Below, one piece after another: positions 57,051 through 64,000 of a stretch of 64,000 nt of DNA. The position numbers and the translations under genes are program-made. The stretch is taken from the NCBI RefSeq assembly GCF_009914755.1, contig NC_060931.1. One strand, 5' to 3'. This stretch comes from the human T2T-CHM13v2.0 reference genome, Homo sapiens. Position 1 is the first letter of the stretch, and the number at the start of each line of letters is the position of its first letter. The notes beneath the pieces were generated by a model that searched no databases, was not told the origin of the DNA, and worked only from the letters and a program-made list of their open reading frames with translations.

Positions 57051-57383
57051 TAGAAGGTTTTAGATATTCAGGTGAGAGATGATGAGAGAGTGAACTAAGG
57101 CAGTGACAGTGGAGATAGAGAAAATGGGATAGTATTTGAGAAATATGCCAAGATTTAAATCAAAAGTTCTTCGTGACAGATTAGATAGAATAAAGGAGAT
57201 CAAACAGCTATTCATTGTTGCTATTAAGATAGGCAATACGGGAGGAAGACCAGATTTAGGAAGTAACATGATAATTTCTGGATATGCTCATTTTTATGGT
57301 GCCCATGGGAGATTTTCTGTGGAGATGTAGGCAAGGAAATACAAATCTGAAGCTTGGGTGATATAGCTTTGAGAGACATCAAC

Positions 57384-57597
57384 TATTTATATATATATAA
57401 AAAATATATATAAATATATAAAAAATATATAAAATACATAATATATAATATATATAAATATATATAAATATGTAAATATATATTATATATTTTTAATATA
57501 TATAATATATAATATATATAATATATAATATATAATATATAAATATATATTAACTATATATAAATATATATAAATATATATAAATATATATATATTT
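57384..57597. repeat. 214-bp almost pure AT low-complexity (TA/TATAA) tract
   Basis: Only about three non-A/T bases; abuts the 3' end of an antisense L2. Confidence 0.95.
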
Positions 57598-58290
57598 GAA
57601 TGTCTACTGTGTGTCAAGCACTGTCCTAGTGCCAGAGGAGACAGAACAATGAGTGAATTTTTAGTGAGGGGAAACATAAGCAAAAAATAATTTCAGATGA
57701 GTACTGTGATGAAAATGAAACTAAAAGGATGGAGAGTGACAAGACTGTATGTAAGGGTGGTAGCGTAGTTTAGATTGAATGCTTGGGTTTACTTTCTGGG
57801 GAGGTAATAGTTACACTGTGACAAAATGAAGAGAATATTGGTATGTGTGTGGATCTCTGGGAAGAGCATTTCAAGGAGAGAGAACAGAAGATGGTAAAGA
57901 TGGGAAATGAGAGATGGGAGATGAACTGGTCTAGTTTGAAAACAGAAAGGAGCCCAGTGTGACTGGAGACAAGCAGACAAAGGGAAAGAGTTGGAGAAGT
58001 TGAACGCAGAGAGGTACAGTGGGTGACAAATCATGAAGGCGCTAAGCGGCCATGGTCAAGAGTGTGGCTAGTTTTCTAAGTACAGTGGGAAGCCTTTGGG
58101 TAGTTTTAGCAGGAGAGTAACAAAATCTGTTTTGTGTTTTAAAATGATGGCTCTAGCCACTCTGGGGAGAATATTGTTGAGAACGAGAGTGAAGGTAAGG
58201 GAACTGGTCAAGTGACTACTGCAGCAGACAGGCAAGAATTGATGGTGGCTTAGCGTAGGGGGATAGCAGTGAATGGGCAAGGGAGTCAGA
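57598..58290 (-). mobile_element. L2 (L2a-like) 3' region
   Basis: GAATGTCTACTGTGTGTCAAGCACTGTCCTAG...ATCTCTGGGAAGAGCATTTCAAGG...TGGGAAGCCTTTGGG...TTTTAAAATGATGGCTCTAGC. Confidence 0.75.
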
Positions 58291-58769
58291 TGGCTTTTCT
58301 TCAGTCACCTCCATTGTGACCGAATTGAAGAACCAGTTTATCATTGGATCTGTTATGAATTCTAGGTATTTTTGTAAGTATATATATAAAGTATTATTTT
58401 GAAAACAGACCCTATCAATGAAATTTATTCTAAAATTACATAGTTTTGGGATTCAAATTAGAACATTTGATAAAATATCTCAGTGATTCTATAATATTTC
58501 ACATTTATGAATGTTTATTAGGTGTGTAAAACATTTTCAAACAATTTTGATTCATTATACTACATATTTTCTTGTAAAATAATGAAGTTTTGACTTGCTT
58601 TGTTAATTAGTGGTTGGGTGAATAAAAATTTACTCAAAGCAGGACTACTACATTGTGAGAGTAAATTGGCAACAGTGCTATTTATTTGAGCTCTGTTTAA
58701 AAAGGAAAAAAAGGACTCTCCGTATATCTAGCTTTCTCCTGTGTGAGCACTACACTTTAACAAGGATAT

Positions 58770-59900
58770 TTCTGGACATAGTAGGAAGCATGGACTGTGG
58801 TGGGGAGAGATTGGGGATTAGTATACCAGTTAAGAGGCTTTTAAAGTAGTCTAGGCAAGAGAATATTAGAAACTCTAAACCAGACAGTGAAATTTTTAGA
58901 GTGGAATTGTGGTGAAGATTACTTTGAGACTTTTATGAAGTAGAATGAAAAGATTTGAAGAAGAATTAGATGTCTGGAGGTTAGGGAGAAGAAAAAAATT
59001 GGATGATTCTGAGATTATAAGCATCAGAGAATGGGTAGTTGGTGATGTCGTAATATAAATGAGAGGTAGAATCTGTAGTCGCAGTAGGCTTGGTTAGAGT
59101 CAGTGAGTAGTTTTCAAAATGGTAAATTAAAGGCACCATCTTTGGGACTCCCTGGGGAAAAACGTAAAGAAGGCAGTTGAAGAAAGGTGAGTGCTGTAAC
59201 TAATACTTGGAAATTATCATCATATAGAAACTAGATGAAGCCTCAGAAATAAATGAGATCACTCAAGAAAAGAATGAAAACCTGAGAGATAGCATCAGCA
59301 GTGATAGTCTGTCCTTAAATAGAATGAAGACAGTATGTGACTGGTTTGTCAGTTGTCATTCCTGATCTTTTCCAAGAAGTTTGAGGAGAGCTGTGGCTGA
59401 GATGGCACGGGTGGAGAACTGGAAAGATAACGCATAATACAGACTACTCTTTGAAAAGTGTGGTGGGGAAAAGGAGAGAGATAAGGCTGTGACTTAAAAG
59501 AGAAATGAGGTTCCATATAGGGATTTTTAAAAGTTACTATTTAAGGATGGAGAAGATGTTAGCACATTTATAGATGCAGAAATAGCAAATGAAAAAATAT
59601 TGAAGTTTTAGAGGAATAACCCATGGATCATGGTCCCACAGTGGGTGGGAAGTAGTTGATTCATTGACAGGTAGTAGCCTTGTAGAGGAGGAAGGGCATA
59701 CTTTCTCCTGAGATACAAGGAATAAAGAATGATGGTAATGTATTTGATTCTGCAAGTGAAAGGGAATTTCAGTAAATCATAGGTGATAAGCTCTTTTTTT
59801 CCTTTTTCTTCTGACAAAGTAGTCTTTTGACAATTTAGTGTGGTAAATGTTTGAAATAGAGAATATGAGAGAACTTGAGAAGGGGCAAGTAATAGGATTG
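58770..59900 (-). mobile_element. L2 fragments
   Basis: Purine-rich degenerate antisense L2 (CCAGTTAAGAGGCT...GTAGTCTAGGCAAGAG, AATGAGATCACTCAAG). Confidence 0.55.
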
Positions 59901-61030
59901 TGCAGCAGTATTTGGGAGCTTGTTTCTTTTTGTAGGACCAGGGCAATTTGAGAATATTGCAATACTTGGGGATAAGAATAGGAAGGAAGGCCCTGGAATG
60001 GAGAAAAGAGCTGTGGAAAATAAGAGGTGAGGGGAGATGATTACTTCATGATTTGCCTAGGGCTGCCTATATTGAAATGTGTGCAGGCAAGCTATTGCTA
60101 GGCCACTGGGGAGATCTTTTCACTGAGTCCAAATGTGAACTACATCATTAATGCTGTTTTATCAAACCAAAGTATATAAAGGAAGTTCTGTTAAAGCAGA
60201 AAATTATCATTATAGAAAAGGACTTGTGAAAAGTTCTACAACATTTGAAACAGGTATTTTCATGTAACTTAAATTTATGAAGGACAAGTTATTGTCTTTT
60301 TAGTTCATATTTTTAGTTCATTTTATTACCAGTATTTTCAAAACGTACCCAGCTCAGTCTTTAGTTGTTAGAAGTGAAGGGCTAACAAGGATATCCAGTT
60401 GTCTATAGTGTTGATGCTTGCTATAGGGAAATTTGCAGTGAGGAAAACATATTAAAATAGTACTGTTGTTCAGTTGTAATTTCATCTATTTAAAGTGTTC
60501 TTTCACTACATTGAACAAATTATCAGATTGCCTAAGTTTCTTATAACCAGAAGTCTTTCATATAAGAAATGTGAGGTTAAAACTTAAAATAACCTGTTCA
60601 TTATAGATTGGATAATCTGCTGTTTCACTGAGTTAGGACCTCTTTGGAATTCGCAAATTTCTGAAACTGTGCTAAATAAATAAGGCTATTATGAGCAAGG
60701 TTTTATGTGTACACACACAATCAAAGTTTTCTAATATTTGGACTATGTTTTAATATTCCATGCAAGGATTCTGTGTATGGTGTGTCTGTGTTTCTCTGTC
60801 TTGTTAATGTGAGCATTCATGCCCAGAAGGGATGACTGGGAGACATTATGCCTTTGAAGAAGATAATTTGTTTCCAACTTATTTTTACTGTCAAAAATGT
60901 TTTTTGTGCTTATTTTTAATGCAGTGCTTTGTATATACTTTTGTGAAATATTTCGCCCAGTACTTTAAAGGATGATACATAATCAAAAGTAAAAAACACA
61001 CCGAGTGTTGAATGAGGCAGGAATAAAATA

Positions 61031-62348
61031 CAGTCGTGCATCACTTAACAAAGGGGATACATTCTGAGAAATGCATCATTGGGCGATTTCATGATCGTGC
61101 AAACATAGAGAGTACTAACACAAACATAGATTGTACTAACACACACATAGATGGTATAGTCTGTTATACATGTGGGCTATTTGGCCTATTGTTCCTAGGC
61201 TACAAACCTGTATAACATTTTACACTTGTGGCTTACCATGAATGGAGCTTGCAGAACTGGCAGTTGCTCTGGGTGAGTGAGTGGTGAGTGAATGTGAAGG
61301 CCTAGGACATTATTGTACACTACTGTAGACTATAAGAAATTTATTTTTTAAATTTTTTCTTCAGTATTAAATTAACCTTATCTTACTATAACTTTTTTAC
61401 TTTCTAAACTCCAGCTCTTTTGTAATAACACTTAGCTTAAAATACAAATGCATTGTACAGCTGTACAAAAATATTTTCTTTTTTAATATCTTCTATAAGC
61501 TTTTTTTTTTTTTTTTTTTTATGGAGTCTTGCCCTGTCACCCAGGCTGGAGTGGAGTGGTGTGATCTGGGCTCACTACAACTTCTGCCTCCTGGGTTCCA
61601 GTGATTTTCCCGTCCCAGCCTCCCAAGTAGCTGGGATTACAGGTGTGCACCACCGCACCTGGCTGTTTTTTGTATTTTTAGTAGAGTCGAGGTTTCATCA
61701 TGTTGGCCAGGCTGGTCTTGAACTCCTGACCTCAAGTGGTCCACCTGCCTCAGCCTCCCAAAGTGCCGGGATTACAGGTGTGAGCCACTGCACCCAGCCC
61801 TATAAGCTTTTTTCTATTAATTTTTTTTAACCTTTTAATCTTTTTTATTAAAAACTAAGATGCAAACACATTAGCCTTGGCCTACACAGGGTCAGGATCA
61901 TCAATATCAGTGTCTTCTACCTTCACATCATGTCCCACTGGAAAGTCTTCAGGGGGCAGTAACACCCATGGAGCTATCATTTCCTATGATAACAGTGCCT
62001 TCTTCTGGAATCTCCTGAAGAACCTGCCTGAGGATCTTCTTGCGGGGGTGTCACTCTTTTCAGAAATCTGTTCATGGTGGTTTCCTTGGGTTTGTTTCTG
62101 TTTTTCATCATAGATTTGCTTGTAAGCAGATCTATGAACATTCCTCTCTAGTAATGAAAACCTTTCATTGTTGGGGTTCATGTTTTCAAACTTGTTAAGC
62201 AGCTTGTTGAAGTCTGCAAAAACTTCTGCTAAACCCTTCACTGTACATTTTCTTGAGAGAATTATTCAGCTGCATTATAATCTTTTGGAACCACTGTTGT
62301 ATATGTAGTCTTTGGTCGACTGAAATAATGTTATGTGGTACATGACTG
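61031..62348 (-). mobile_element. Tigger3/Golem internal-deletion derivative, interrupted by AluS
   Basis: TIRs TA|CAGTCGTGC and CATGACTG|TA; ORF 61984-62241 (KGLAEVFADFNKLLNKFENMNPNNERFSLLERNVH) resembles the transposase C-terminus. Confidence 0.88.
61507..61800 (-). mobile_element. AluSx/Sz
   Basis: Antisense dimer with CTCCTGACCTCAAGTG; TSD TATAAGCTTTTTT. Confidence 0.95.
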
Positions 62349-62929
62349 TATCCAAATTGATGAGGTAATTCTAGTAGCTTATAAAATATCTTACATAACA
62401 AGATCCATGTCATTTCCCCCTGAATCAAGGACAAAGAAGAAAAAAGGTTTGTTATTTTAAGTATAACATATAATATTCAAATGTGAATTATGTTTGATTG
62501 TAGGTCAATAATTTTTGAGCCCCAGTTTCTTATGAGAATGGAATTGGTAGTGTGCCAGTTAAGGAAAATTTATGGTGACACTAGATAAACATGGCAGTAA
62601 GTAGAAGCAGTTCATTTTGTATAAGTTAAATCGTTACATTTATAAATATAAAGAATAGCCATTTAACTATTTTTTATAGGTTTTTAAATTATAGTTTTTA
62701 CATCTTACGTTTTAGTTGAATGTTTTACTGAAATATATTTCATGTCATAGTATAGATAAAAAAGAATTTAAGAAACCATGTCATCTAAGGATGACTTTGT
62801 CTTCTCCAGGTTTCTGTCCTCAAGCGAAAAAATCTTGCCTGTTTTTAACTCTAGAAAAGTGGTTATAATTATTTGATTTTTCAGCATGCAAACTAGTAAC
62901 TATTTACACATGATAGATATACTTTTTTT

Positions 62930-64000
62930 TTAGGTTTTTATTTTTTATTAAAACTATTAATGCACATATGGATGAAAGACTAGAGGTGCTCCCCAACTCT
63001 ATTTCTGTTTCTTCCTCCCAGGAGGCTACTACATCGAACATTTTTAGCTGACTGTTTTGGTATCATGTCAGTAAATGGTGTGCTTATGTTGCTAATTCTT
63101 ATTTTTTTGGTTTTAACCATTATGGAGGATGAGGATTTAGCTCTTTACATTTTCCTTCACCACGTATGCATATCATATACTCTTCCAATCCCTCAGTTCT
63201 TTCACCCTAATTATATTAGTAATTTTGATTAGATTAGTATTTGTTAGCAGATCCACTAGTAAATTGTAGTTGCTATTCTCTATTCCTGTATTTTCATTTT
63301 CTCAGACTTCATTTATTTGCTTCATTTTTTTGTATATGCCACTTGGCTATAATTCAACCCCGAAATCTGTGCTTGTTTTCAAAATCAACTTTCAGTGCAT
63401 TCATTCTGATTTGTCAACTTCATTTTCTTGAAGATGTCACTCCTGGAGCCTTCTAAGCTGAATACGGACTCATTTTCTGAAGCTGGTGTACACGTGTCAC
63501 CGATCTTCTTAGAAATTATCTTTGCCTTTTTCCTGAGTTGGGCCTTCTAGATCCTGTATTCTCTGTCTCCCTCTTTATGTTTTGCTTGTTTCATGCTTTG
63601 AGAGCAGCATGTCTTTTTTTTTGTTTTTGTTTTTAATCTTTCTGAGGAAAAGTGTTTGTGGTAGGTTAATTTTGTGAAACCTTATGAGCAAGTCTGAAAA
63701 TTATTTTTAACTATCCTCACACTTGATTGATGGTTTGGCAGGGTAAAGAATTCCTGGGGGAAATGTTTTTAAAGGCATCATTGCATCATCTTCTACCTTT
63801 AGATGTCATCATTGAGCCATTCAGAATCATTCCTGATTCTTGACACGTGATTTTTTTCTTTTTTCTCAGTATTCTGATATTTCACAACAAAATATCTTAA
63901 TATGAGTCCATTTTCATCTGTTTTGCTGGGTGCTCAGTGTACTCCAGCAACTTACATCTTTCATTTCTGGAAAATGTTAAATATTTCATTATTGTTTTTC
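62930..64000 (-). mobile_element. Old L1M 3' region fragments
   Basis: T-rich degenerate sequence (CACACTTGATTGATGGTTTGGCAGGGTAAAGAATTC, ATTCTGATATTTCACAAC). Confidence 0.45.

Overview
Human genomic DNA: a near-consensus AluYb8-lineage insertion at 7710 is human-specific. There is no supportable protein-coding exon. The left ~35 kb is repeat-rich intergenic sequence (Alu, L1, L2, MIR, MaLR LTRs, hAT and Tigger DNA transposons). A CpG-island promoter lies at ~34.9-36.4 kb, carrying a compound (GCG)6-GCT-(GGA)11 repeat and a + strand non-coding first exon that ends at a strong donor (CCG|GTGAGT, 35588/35589). From memory this exon resembles the 5' UTR of PALS2 (MPP6); this is unverified. Everything downstream is a long first intron. 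It contains an antisense L1PA2-type insertion with a short 3' transduction, a full-length Tigger1, MER82 and a Tigger3 derivative. I found no evidence for a wholly new biological system. The best leads are the L1 3' transduction, a cryptic exon or recursive-splice-like signal cluster at ~37.9-38.0 kb, the promoter repeat in frame with a uORF, a very young Alu with a mismatched TSD, and a flip in Alu orientation across the promoter. Repeat subfamily names come from recalled consensus sequences, and boundaries of old repeats are approximate.
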